Shown: piece after piece, positions 8,473-18,100 of the stretch | How positions within the stretch are numbered: the stretch's first letter is position 1 | Layout of the letters: every line of letters begins with the position of its first letter | From: Elusimicrobiota bacterium | GTDB taxonomy: Bacteria; Elusimicrobiota; Elusimicrobia; UBA1565; UBA9628 | NCBI GenBank assembly: GCA_038211115.1 | Contig: JBBQVX010000003.1 | Location: 2,376 to 66,375, forward strand | Reading direction: 5' to 3' | DNA length: 64,000 nucleotides | The notes under the pieces: model-generated | Told to the model about the DNA's origin: nothing | Seen by the model: only the letters and a program-made list of their open reading frames with translations | Databases searched by the model: none | Program-made: the position numbers and the translations under genes

Positions 8473-9750
8473 ATGAACCGATCACTCGCCGTTTTCGTCT
8501 CCCTTCTCCTCGCGTCGTCTTCCTCGGCCCAGACCATCGGCCTCGTCGCGCCGAACTCGGCGGGCGGCGCCCCGGCGCTGATCATTCCGAGCACTCCGTT
8601 GATGGACGGCCATCTGGGCGTTCCCTCTTTGCTCTCTCCGTTGTCGTTGACCCCGTCGCTTTCCGTGTCGGCGGCGAGCATCGCCCCCACGCCGGTCCCC
8701 GCACTCGTTCCCGCGGCGGTCGTTCCGTTTTCCGTCAATGGCGTCCCGACGGTCGCCGCGTTCGGCGTGGCGAAAACGCTTTCCTCCAATCTGTCCGCGG
8801 CCGCGTCCGAAGGGCGCGGCCAGGCTCCGGCGCTCAACGCCTCGTTCGACGGCCTAAAGGCGGCGGCCACGCCCGATGAAGTCTCCGTTCCGAATCCGTC
8901 CGACGCGTTCGTCCTCGAGGCCCAGCGCCGCTTCGCCGCGCTCAAGGCCTCGGAGGACCAGAACCCCGGCGTCCTCCCTGAGGGCGCGATCCCCAGCGAC
9001 GACGACATGCATGGCCGCCTGGACCGGCTCCCCTCGACCAACCCCGAGCGCATGAAGTACATCGTCGATCTCTTCAAACTCGGCGGCGCGACCGACGCGG
9101 ACATCCGCCTGCAGGACGCCGGCAAGGGCCGTAATAACGTCATCGTGACGATCAAGGGCAAGACCGATCGCGTCATCGTCGTCGGCGGCCACTACGACAA
9201 GGTCAGCGAGGGCTTGGGCAAGATCGACAACGGCACGGGCTCGACGATGGTCGCCAACCTGTACCAGGCCATGCACGGCACGCAGCCCGACGCCACGCTC
9301 GTCTTCATCGCGTTCGCGCGTGAGGAAGAGGGCCTGTACGGGTCGCAGGCGTACGTGAAGTCGCTCGACAAGGCCGCGCGCGGAAAGATCGACGCGATGA
9401 TCAACCTCGATACGCTCGCGGTGGACGGCACGTTCTCCTGGAAGAACAACTCGACGCGCGCGATGCTCGACCGCTTCGCGAAAGTGTCGCGTGAGAGCGG
9501 CCACGCGATGAAGGAAGATTATTTGAACGGCGGCGACGCGGACTCCTCGACCTTCCGCGACGCGGGCATCCCGGCCGTCACGATCTACGGCGCGTCGCAG
9601 GACGTGATCTTCGACATCATCCACTCCGAGCGCGACAATATGTCCGCGTTCAACCTCCAGCACTACAAGAACGCGTACCTGCTCGTGCTCGAGGCCATCA
9701 AATCTCTCGACCGGACCCCGCTGGGTCCCGTCGCGCGCGGCGAAATCTGA
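8473..9750 (+). CDS. Array protein 2 (425 aa): shared N-terminal module + M28 family metallo-aminopeptidase
   Basis: Signal peptide ..LLASSSSA|QTIG; VPSLLSPLSLTPSLSVSAASIAPTPVPALVP; ..APALNASFDGLKAAATPDE. M28 motifs VVGGHYDKV, IDNGTGST and FAREEEGLYGSQ. Confidence 0.88.
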   Translation: MNRSLAVFVSLLLASSSSAQTIGLVAPNSAGGAPALIIPSTPLMDGHLGVPSLLSPLSLTPSLSVSAASIAPTPVPALVPAAVVPFSVNGVPTVAAFGVAKTLSSNLSAAASEGRGQAPALNASFDGLKAAATPDEVSVPNPSDAFVLEAQRRFAALKASEDQNPGVLPEGAIPSDDDMHGRLDRLPSTNPERMKYIVDLFKLGGATDADIRLQDAGKGRNNVIVTIKGKTDRVIVVGGHYDKVSEGLGKIDNGTGSTMVANLYQAMHGTQPDATLVFIAFAREEEGLYGSQAYVKSLDKAARGKIDAMINLDTLAVDGTFSWKNNSTRAMLDRFAKVSRESGHAMKEDYLNGGDADSSTFRDAGIPAVTIYGASQDVIFDIIHSERDNMSAFNLQHYKNAYLLVLEAIKSLDRTPLGPVARGEI

Positions 9751-9822
9751 TTCGGAAAAGACGGTGATGAAACTCATCAGCACGCAAAGACACTGGATGG
9801 AATCCGGGACCCAGGTGAAATT

Positions 9823-9889
9823 GGGACCATTGCCCTCGAAATTTAGGGCCCTTGGACCCGTCGGTTTGGAAAGAGGCCTGTGATACTAT
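9823..9889 (+). promoter_or_regulatory. Conserved upstream element + -10-like box of array gene 3
   Basis: GGGACCATTGCCCTCGAAATTTAGGGCCCTTGGACCC (9823-9859), 22 nt, GATACT/TACTAT (9882-9889), ATG at 9897. Confidence 0.45.
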
Positions 9890-9896
9890 GGCCTCA

Positions 9897-12242
9897 ATGA
9901 CGCGCGAGATTCGATCGATGCACGGGGATATCGTGAAGAGAATAACGGCGAAGCAGCTCGTCTCCATTTTTTGCAGCTCCATGATCATGTGCGGCGCTCA
10001 AGCGCCGGCCTTCGCGCAGGTTATGCGCGGAGAGCTCGGCGGCGCGGCCCTCCATACGGGGCCCGTCGGCGGAGTCCTCTCCGCCGTGCCGACCGGAATA
10101 AACCCCGCCCTCAACGGCGGGGTTTCCTCTATACAGGGAACCTTGGCTCCGACTTTTTCGGCGCCGAGCGCCCTGGTGCCCGCTCTCATCGCTCCCGTCG
10201 CCCTGATCCCCGTCACGGCCGCGCCCGCGAAGAGCGAACCGGTCAAGGCACAGGCCGTCGTCCCCGTCGCGGCCATCACGGCGGCGAAGACGCTGAACGG
10301 CGAGCTCAAGGCCGCTTCGACCCAGGGCAAGGATGAAGCCCCGGCGCTGAGCGCCACGTTCGACGGCCTCAAGGCGGCCGCGACCGGCGACGAATCCGAC
10401 TCCGTGCCCTCCGCCGAGACCCCGTCCCCGCTGCCCGACGGCGCGAAGCTCGGAAAGCTCTACCCGCGCGTCGTGGTCATCCTCGACACCCTCGGCAAGC
10501 CCGCGGGCAAGGACGACAAGATCGTCAAGTACATCGAGACGCTCGTCACCAACAACGTGAAGGTCGTCTTCGTCACGGCCCGCCCCGAGAAGGGGGAGAA
10601 CTCCGCCGAATCGATGCTGATCGGCCAGCTCAAGGTCCGCACGGGCAATCCCGTCGTCGTCGTCAGCTACAACGGCGCGCGCGTCACCTCGCACAGCTCC
10701 CGTGCCGAGAACCCGAAGCCGCTGATCCCCGACCAGCTTCCGTTCGCCGAGAAGACCGTCGCCCGCTTCCGCGAAATCACCGCGGACGTCAACAAGAAGC
10801 TCGGCGTGAAGGGCAAGGTCGAGGAATTCGGCCAGCCGAGCCTCGAGGCTCCTTATATCTACGGCGGCACGCTCCCGAAAGGCGTCGACGAGGCCAAGTG
10901 GACGACGACGTTCAACCGCGCGCTCAAGGCGGCCGGTTTCGCGTATAAGATCGAGCTGTCGAAGAACGCCGAAGGGCAGACGGTCTACTTCACCCAGTCG
11001 ACCGCGCTGAAGCTCAACGCGGGCCGCGTGTTCAACGCGATCTACGCGATCGCCCCCGAGCTCAACCCCGAGAACGGCGGCGCCGGCGTCCTCAAGCCGC
11101 AGCAGGTCCTCATCCTCGCCGACCCGGCGAAGGCGCCGAGCTTCCTTCAGGCGCTTCCCGGCAAGGGCTACTTCATCCACGGCGTCAACGACACCGAGTC
11201 TCTCGAGCGCGCCATGGAGGCGGTGCTCGGCGGCAAGGCGCTCGACCAGGTCTCGGTCAACAAGTACGAGCTGCGCGACTACATCGAATGGCTCTCGCGC
11301 CGCCAGCGCTACGGCTCCTCGTCCTCCTCGGCCCCGCAGGGCAAGGGCGGGCGCTCCGGCGTGATCGCGCCGCGCCGCTCCGGCGACGCCTCGGGCTTCT
11401 CGAAGGTGCCCTTCTACCGGGGCATCATCGTCAAGGAAGTCATGTCCCGCCTGTACCATCTCATGAAGAACGGCGCGTTCGAGGAGTCCACCCTCGACGC
11501 CGGCCTCGACCTTCTCGAGAAGCTCTGGAAGTACCCCGAGGCCAACGGCATCCACCTGCCTGAGGAGCTCAAGCTCGGCCGCCAGACCGGCGCGTTCAAG
11601 GCCCAGTCGAAGGGCGGCCTCGAGGGCTCCAAGCGCTGGCTGAAGAACTACTACCACCGCCACTTCCCCGACTTCCCGCGCAACGTGAACCAGAAGGTTG
11701 CTGGCCGCCTCCTGCGCCTCGCTCGCGACGGAGACTCGGTGACGCTCCAGTATGAGTCGCCTTACACGGGCCGCAGCTACAAGGTCTTCGTTCGCCCCGA
11801 CCGGACGGAACTGTGGGAGGACGAGCACGGCTACGTCCTCGTCGCTCATGTGTACCGCACGGGCAAGGAGCCTTACCAGAAGGGCTTCGACGAGTCGATC
11901 GAGGTCAACCTGATCGGCCGCGCTCTCCTCGAGGGTGACGCGCAGAAGCGCGCCGACGGCCATTGGTACGTCAACGGCGAGGCCGACCCGCGCATCCAGG
12001 TCGTCTTCCACTATATGACCCGCGACCTCCAGGCGATCATGACGCCCGCCGAGATCGATTCCCACACCCCCGAGGTGACCGCGCTGATCGAGAAGCGCGA
12101 GAACGACAAGGAATACCAGAAGTGGGTGGAAGCCAAGAAGGTCGAGGAAGAGAAGGCCCGGGTGAACCTGAAGCGCACGGTCACCCGCGCGACGAATCTG
12201 AAGGAAAAGGAGAAGAAGGCGAAGAATAAGGGGGCTAAGTAA
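9897..12242 (+). CDS. Array protein 3 (~781 aa): shared N-terminal module + degenerate HAD-like domain + degenerate PD-(D/E)XK-like C-terminus + Lys-rich tail
   Basis: The track ORF starts at TTG 9852. I prefer ATG 9897 (MTREIRSMHGDIVKRITAKQL..APAFA|QVMRG), which lies 7 nt after the -10-like box; ATG 9888 is an alternative. APALSATFDGLKAAATGDE. HAD-like VVVILDTLGK...VVFVTARPE...VVSYNGARV. The C-terminus (YVLVAHVYRTGKEP) is paralogous to gene 4. Tail KEKEKKAKNKGAK. Confidence 0.8.
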   Translation: MTREIRSMHGDIVKRITAKQLVSIFCSSMIMCGAQAPAFAQVMRGELGGAALHTGPVGGVLSAVPTGINPALNGGVSSIQGTLAPTFSAPSALVPALIAPVALIPVTAAPAKSEPVKAQAVVPVAAITAAKTLNGELKAASTQGKDEAPALSATFDGLKAAATGDESDSVPSAETPSPLPDGAKLGKLYPRVVVILDTLGKPAGKDDKIVKYIETLVTNNVKVVFVTARPEKGENSAESMLIGQLKVRTGNPVVVVSYNGARVTSHSSRAENPKPLIPDQLPFAEKTVARFREITADVNKKLGVKGKVEEFGQPSLEAPYIYGGTLPKGVDEAKWTTTFNRALKAAGFAYKIELSKNAEGQTVYFTQSTALKLNAGRVFNAIYAIAPELNPENGGAGVLKPQQVLILADPAKAPSFLQALPGKGYFIHGVNDTESLERAMEAVLGGKALDQVSVNKYELRDYIEWLSRRQRYGSSSSSAPQGKGGRSGVIAPRRSGDASGFSKVPFYRGIIVKEVMSRLYHLMKNGAFEESTLDAGLDLLEKLWKYPEANGIHLPEELKLGRQTGAFKAQSKGGLEGSKRWLKNYYHRHFPDFPRNVNQKVAGRLLRLARDGDSVTLQYESPYTGRSYKVFVRPDRTELWEDEHGYVLVAHVYRTGKEPYQKGFDESIEVNLIGRALLEGDAQKRADGHWYVNGEADPRIQVVFHYMTRDLQAIMTPAEIDSHTPEVTALIEKRENDKEYQKWVEAKKVEEEKARVNLKRTVTRATNLKEKEKKAKNKGAK

Positions 12243-15023
12243 ATGAAATCGCTCCCGGTTCTTCTGTCGTTCAGCCTTCTTCTCAACACCGTCGCTCCGG
12301 CGATGGCGCAGACGATCAGATATACTCCCGGCGCGAACGTCGGGCTTAGCGGCTCGGCCGGCGCGGCGCTCGTCGCTCCGGTTCCGAATTCGTTGCCGTC
12401 ATTGACGATGCCGTCGCTGTCCGTTCCTTCTCTTAATACGCCCGCCATCCCTTCGGCCATGGTCCCCGCCGCCCTCACGCCTTCGGCCCTGACCGTCTCC
12501 GCCGTTCCCGCCGCGGCGAAAGCCGTTCTCCCCGTCGCGGCACAGTCCCCGTCCGTTCCCACTGCTCTGCAGGCGCTCAAGTCCGCCGTCCTCCCCGCCG
12601 CGTCCATCTCCGAGAGCCCGAAAGCATCCGACAACCACGAGGGCGACGCCGCCTTCGACGGCTCCTCCGAGCGCGAATCCGTCCTCGCGCCGGCGTTCGA
12701 GCCTCCGACCGCCTCCGTCCCCGAGCCCGCCGTCGCCGAGCAGGACGAGGTCCAGGGCGACAACATCCCGCAGCGCCCGCAGCTTTCCTTCCAGCCCGCG
12801 CAGAAGAGCGCGCTGACGTCCATCGACGCCGGCCAGGGCCTGTACGGCACGATGAAGCTCGTCAAGGACAACCCCTATAGCCGCGACTGGTGGAACGCGT
12901 ACAAGAAGGGCGCGGAGATCGACGTCGTCGTGCGCGGCGAGAACGTCTACAACCGCCCGACCCAGATCACGTTCGCCGCGACCAAGGCGATCGGCAAGCT
13001 CACCCGCGAGGATTTCGAAGGGACGATCCCGAAGCACATGATGCAGGCCGGCATCGTCGCCCTGCGCAAGGACCTCATGGTGAAGCTCGAGGAGAACCGC
13101 CGCCGCTGGAGCCCCGAGCAGCCGCCCGTCGGCCTCGACACGAAGGTCCGCGTCGTCAAGTTCGAGTCCTACCTCGACCTCTTCAAGAAGACGAACGGCA
13201 AGGACGCCATCCCCGTCGCCGAGGCGCCCGTCGAGCGCCCCGCCCTCAAGGTGAAGCCCGAGGGCGCGCTCAAGCCTCTGTCCCTTTTCCTGCCGCGCGC
13301 CGTGATGCTCGACCTCGACCTCTTCGACGGCCCGGTCTCCAAGGAGACGCTGTCGGACATCGCGAAGCTCCAGCGCACCGGCGTCTACTTCGTCATGTTC
13401 TCGCGCAAGCCGTACGAGGCCGCGAACGCGATGAAGGACAAGCTCGTCAAGCAGCTCTCCGCCTACCAGATGAGCGTGCTGATGCCGATCCGCTTCATGA
13501 TGGTGACCGACGACGGCGCCGTCATCTCCGAGCTGCCCCGCGGCGGCAGCCCCGAGGCCGTCGACGTCTTAGCCTTCAGCTTGGCTGACGTGGAAATCCT
13601 CCGCGACGCCGCGAAGAAGGCCTCCGAGGTCATCGGCCTGTCCCCGCGCTCCATCGAGGAAATCCGCCAGAGCCCGCTCGTGGAGCGCGAAAACCGCTTC
13701 GGCGACCAGAAGGAGTTGCCGCTCGGGCCCGATCCGCGCGTCCGCTACGAGGTCCGCCTGCCGAAGTCCATGTCGGATCGCGCGCTCGGCGAGTGGCTCA
13801 GCGCGTTCGACGGCGCGATGAAAGCCCAGGGCATGAAGGTCGTCTCGCACCTGACGACCCTGCCCGACGGCAAGCGCCAGTTCGTCGTCGCCCGCACCAC
13901 GATCGAGGGCTCGATGGACCGCCTCAACGCCGCGCTCGGCGAGAAGTTCGGCCTGTACCTGAACCCCGGCGACGCGCTCGTCATCTCCGCGGATCCGAAG
14001 ATCATGGCCGCGAACTCGAAGTCGATCGACGTCGCCGCGCTCACGGGCCTCAAGGGCGCCGAGCTCGTCGACAACGCGCTCGGCTTGATGCTCGGCGAGC
14101 ACCGCGAGAACCAGGCGACGGACCTCTCCGGCTCCGCGTCGCGCATCGCGTCGTTCTCCTACAACAAGGGCCGCTACCTCTCCGAGATCCTCATCAAGAT
14201 GGACAACGAGGAGCAGAACATCAACTTCTTCTCCGGTCACGTGGTCCACTCCGCGATGGACTGGCTGATTTGGAAGCTGCAGAACGGCGTGAAGCCGACC
14301 CGCGAGGAGTTCGCCGCGCACCTGACCGAGCACTGGAACTCCGGCCTCCGCGAGTTCAAGGCGGTCGGCATGCCCGCCGCGCATCTGGCGGACAGCTGGC
14401 TCAAGGCGTCGCTCACGCGCGCCGACAGCATGTACACGCTCGTCAACAAGATCAACGACCATAAGGAGTTCCTGGTCGGCACCGAAATCCCGAACTTCTT
14501 CGTGCTCAAGGACTTCCAGCGCAAGTCGGGCGAGCTCAAGCGCCGGTACATCCTGCACACGATCTTCGACTTCATCGCGCTGCGTCCGGACCCCAAGCGC
14601 CCCGGCCACGCGACGCTCGTCATCTACGACTTCAAGACCGGCCCCGCGAAGACGGGCCCGAAGCTCGACAAGGACATCCAGGTCCTCATGTACGCGCTGT
14701 TCGCCAACAATAAGTGGGTGGGGGAGCAGTTCCCGGCTCCGTACCTTGCCGGCGGCAAGGCCTACACGATCGACGACGTTTCCGTCGAATTCATCTACAG
14801 CGGCAAGATCCAGCCCACCAACATCAACCGCTGGAGCCTCGACAAGGTGCGCTCGCGCATCATCGGCGCGCTCAACCGCATCCACGCGGCCGAACAGAAG
14901 CTGTTCGGCAACGTCCCGCCGAAGAAGAAGCTGACGCCCGCTCAGGTCAAGGCGAAGGCCGCGAGAGCGGTGAAGGCCAAGAAGGCGAAAGCCGCCAAAG
15001 CCAAGGCCGCGAAGAAGAGCTAA
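12243..15023 (+). CDS. Array protein 4 (926 aa): shared N-terminal module + HAD-like domain + PD-(D/E)XK (RecB/Cas4-type) nuclease domain + histone-H1-like Lys/Ala tail
   Basis: ATG directly follows the gene 3 stop (TAAATG). Signal peptide ..VAPAMA|QTIRY; NSLPSLTMPSLSVPSLNTPAIPSAMVPAALTPSAL; AAFDGSSE. HAD-like VMLDLDLFDGP...YFVMFSRKP...MVTDDGAVI. Nuclease motifs FDFIAL (Asp codon 14568-14570), VIYDFKTG (14628-14639) and QVLMY (Gln 14679-14681). Tail KAKAARAVKAKKAKAAKAKAAKKS. Confidence 0.85.
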   Translation: MKSLPVLLSFSLLLNTVAPAMAQTIRYTPGANVGLSGSAGAALVAPVPNSLPSLTMPSLSVPSLNTPAIPSAMVPAALTPSALTVSAVPAAAKAVLPVAAQSPSVPTALQALKSAVLPAASISESPKASDNHEGDAAFDGSSERESVLAPAFEPPTASVPEPAVAEQDEVQGDNIPQRPQLSFQPAQKSALTSIDAGQGLYGTMKLVKDNPYSRDWWNAYKKGAEIDVVVRGENVYNRPTQITFAATKAIGKLTREDFEGTIPKHMMQAGIVALRKDLMVKLEENRRRWSPEQPPVGLDTKVRVVKFESYLDLFKKTNGKDAIPVAEAPVERPALKVKPEGALKPLSLFLPRAVMLDLDLFDGPVSKETLSDIAKLQRTGVYFVMFSRKPYEAANAMKDKLVKQLSAYQMSVLMPIRFMMVTDDGAVISELPRGGSPEAVDVLAFSLADVEILRDAAKKASEVIGLSPRSIEEIRQSPLVERENRFGDQKELPLGPDPRVRYEVRLPKSMSDRALGEWLSAFDGAMKAQGMKVVSHLTTLPDGKRQFVVARTTIEGSMDRLNAALGEKFGLYLNPGDALVISADPKIMAANSKSIDVAALTGLKGAELVDNALGLMLGEHRENQATDLSGSASRIASFSYNKGRYLSEILIKMDNEEQNINFFSGHVVHSAMDWLIWKLQNGVKPTREEFAAHLTEHWNSGLREFKAVGMPAAHLADSWLKASLTRADSMYTLVNKINDHKEFLVGTEIPNFFVLKDFQRKSGELKRRYILHTIFDFIALRPDPKRPGHATLVIYDFKTGPAKTGPKLDKDIQVLMYALFANNKWVGEQFPAPYLAGGKAYTIDDVSVEFIYSGKIQPTNINRWSLDKVRSRIIGALNRIHAAEQKLFGNVPPKKKLTPAQVKAKAARAVKAKKAKAAKAKAAKKS

Positions 15024-15145
15024 GGCGGGCGTCGTCTCAGCCGTCTGGCCCTTCCGGCAGTCCTAGAAGGCCTAGGCCTCTTGTTATAGAGGAGGGGGTC
15101 CTAGGGCCCTTCTGCAGAAAGACGGGGGAGGGTATCATGTGGGTA

Positions 15146-18100
15146 ATGAAGATGACCCGCCAAGCCCTCGCCGTGATCCTCTCGATTCTGGTCGCCGAGG
15201 CCTCCTTCCCCCAATACGCCCTGGCCCAGGTGATCGGCAACAGCGGCTCGGCCGCCGGGATTTCAGGCGTGTCGGGCGTCGTGCCGAAGATCGAGCTCAA
15301 CGGCGGCTTTTCCGCGCTGTCGCCCGCGCCTTCCCTGCTCGCCCCGTCGCTGCTGGGCGGCGTCCCCGTTCTTAGCGCGCCGTCGATCCTGACGCCCCTC
15401 GTCGTCAATCCGATTTCCGCGATTCCCGTCCTGCCCATCTCCGCTCTGTCCGGCGTTCCGGCCGCGGCCCGCGCGCTCGCCGTCAACGCGCCCGTCGACG
15501 CCGCCAAGATCCCTTTCAACGCCCAGTCCCAGCTGACGCTCACGGGCGAGAAGCTCACCGCCGCCGCGGCCAAGGGCTCGGACCAGTCCGGAATCCTCGA
15601 CACTTTCTTCACCGGCGCCAAAGAAATCGCCTCGACGTTGACGGGCGAAACAGCCGCGGGTTTCCCCGCCGCGCTGGCGCCGCAGCTTTCCGCTCCGTCC
15701 ATCGGCGACGGCAAGGCCGTGGCCCCCACGCCCATCACCCTCGAGGCGATGGCGATCGATCCGGCGAAGTCCATCGCCGTCCGTCAGGACGCCGTCGCCC
15801 AACTCGCGAAGACGGACGGCTCGAAGGAGAGCCTCCAGCGCGTCGCCGACGCGAACCCGCAGGGCGGCGCGGCCGACTACGAGATTCACCGCTCGGCGCT
15901 GAAGGCGCTCGCGGAGCAGGGCGTGGTCAAGAGCCTTCGCGCCGTTTCCGAGGCCCACAAGGAGGAGTTGCTCGCCCGCCTCGTCTCCGATAAGCCCTCC
16001 TCCGCCGTGTTCGACTACGACGACACTCTCGAGAAGTTCCGCGAGCCGATCTCCCCGGCGGTCGCGGCCGGCTTGCAGGCGTCGAACGACGCCGGGGTCA
16101 AGACCGCGATCCTGACCGATCGCCCCGACGCGAAGAAGAACGACAAGGACGTGACCGTCCTCGACTCGATCGCCTCGATGACGCCCGCGCAGAAAGCCAA
16201 GCTCACGGTCGGCTCCAACAGCGGCGCGCGCCTGAGCACCTTCGACTCCGAGGGCAAACAGGTCGTCGCGTTCGACGCGGCGCTCAAGTTCACCGAAGCC
16301 CAGGCCGCCGCGATCACCGCCGCCTCGGCCAAGACCGCCGACAAGTTCGGCCGCTTCGAGTACAACGGCGCCGAGGAGAATCTTTCCGCCTTCAAGTGGG
16401 TCCGTTTCCTGCCGCTCGGGATGCCCGCCGAGACCGTGCAGGCCGCCGCCGAGTTCATGCAGGCCGAGCTCGACGCCGCCGGCGCGGGCGTGACGGTCTC
16501 CGGCCGCCAGGCCGCCGATGCGAAGAACCCCTCTTACCTCACGATCTCACTCCTCGATAAGACCGTCGGCATCCAGGCGTTGCGCGAGAAGGCCGGCTTC
16601 GGCGGGCCGATGCTCCTCGTCGGCGACTCGTTCTTCGGCACGCGTATGGTGGACGCCGACATGACGAAGGCGGCCGGCGCCGGCTCCCTCACCCTCGCGG
16701 TCGGCGGCCTCGCCGATCCTCGCATCGACAACGTGTTCGTCTGGCCCACCAAGGGCGCGGAAGCCTCCGCCGAGATCCTCGGCGCGCTCGGCACGGCGAA
16801 GCCCGCCGCGCCGAAGGGCGCGCTGCGCCGCCTCGGCGACAAGCTCCTCAACCTGATCGGCTGGAACGCGCCCGTCGTCAAGGCGCCCGGCGCCGACGAT
16901 CCGATCAACTGGAAGACGTTCCTCGGCCTCGTGATCCCGCGCATCCCGAGCATGGGCGCGTACATGCTCGTGACCATCGCGTTCGTCGCGATCGCGGTGC
17001 CCGTCGTCGGCTGGACCGGCTACGGCGTCATGATGTCGCTTTCTCCGATGGCCGGCATCGCCGCCTCGAAGATCATGGGCAAGGCCGTCAAGAACATGTC
17101 GGCCCGCAACGCGATGGCGCTCAACACGCTCCTGCGCGTCGGCTCGCTGATGCTGCTCCCGACCTTCTGGTTCTTCGGCGTCGTCAACGTCGGCACGATC
17201 CTGCTCGGCGCGCTCGCCGAGGGCTGGCTGCTCTCCTCGATGATGATGACCGAGGGCTCCTTCATCAAGGTGCTCTTCCCCGCGAAGCAGTTGGGCAACA
17301 TCAACGGCGCGCTGTTCCAGATGTTCCCGGCCGTCCAGGTCATCCTCGGCCTGTTCCTCGGCATCGGCCACTTCGCCGACATGATCAACCCGTTCATGGT
17401 GTTCGCCGGCGCGGCCGCGATCAACCTGCTCGTCGTGCTGCCGATCGTCTGGAAGATGATCCCGAACGTGATGCTGAGCGACGCTCCCGCCGCTGCGAAG
17501 GCCGCCCTCGTCCCGTTCAAGACCAAGGCGCTGGCGTTCCTCAAGGACAACGCGAAGCCGCTGCTGGCGCTTGCCGTGGCCATCGGGCTGTTCGCCGCGA
17601 TGACGTTCTGGGCGCCGATCGCGACCCTGCCGTTCCTCGTCGCGCACGCCGGGCTCAAGACCTCGCTGCCGATCACCGCGGCGCTCGTGTACTGGATTTC
17701 GCGTAGCGCGGCGTTCAAGGGCCTCGTGAAAGGCCGCACGAGCGAGGCCTCGGCCGAGGAGAAGGCCCTCGTCGAGAAGCGCGGTACGCTCGCCTCCGAG
17801 ATCGCGGACCTCCGCCGCGGCGGCGCGGATATCGCGTCCGTCGGCGCCAAAGAAGACGAGCTCGCGGCCGTCTCCTCCGAGCTCGCGACTCACCAGGGCC
17901 GCCAGTGGAAGTCCATCAAGATGATGGCCCTCGGCACGGCGATGTACTACCCGCTGTACCTGATCGCAGCACCCCACGTCGCCGAGATTCTCGCCGGCCC
18001 GCAGCACAAGGGCGCGATGATCGGCCAGTTCCTCGGCGCGTTGTTCTTCGGCAGCTGGATCTCGACCGCGGCGCGCACCAAGTTCCCGGACATCAAGATT

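Noticed and set aside
9852-9896. TTG start at 9852 (track) or ATG at 9888 for array gene 3.
   Set aside because: 9852 lies inside the conserved upstream element, and 9888 abuts or overlaps the -10-like box. ATG 9897 gives the same -10-to-start spacing as the sister genes. This is unverified; the N-terminus needs experimental confirmation.
12390-12560. Periodic x-P-S-L coding repeats in the leaders (also 3780-3930, 8620-8740, 15330-15470, 19950-20040, 24990-25150), considered as CRISPR or tandem DNA repeats.
   Set aside because: There are no fixed-length direct DNA repeats with unique spacers. The periodicity is at the peptide level, within an open reading frame, with degenerate nucleotide sequence.
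14714-15145. 5' extension of the gene 5 ORF overlapping the end of gene 4. Analogous extensions: 35013-36728, 34651-34941, 53137-53661, 53412-54899, 55397-55789, 51165-51467, 18847-18996, 49009-49395, 62947-63597, 2100-3251.
   Set aside because: The extended parts are Arg/Pro-rich out-of-frame readings of real upstream genes. Recognisable protein sequence, signal peptides or stop/start overlaps begin at the internal starts listed in the features.
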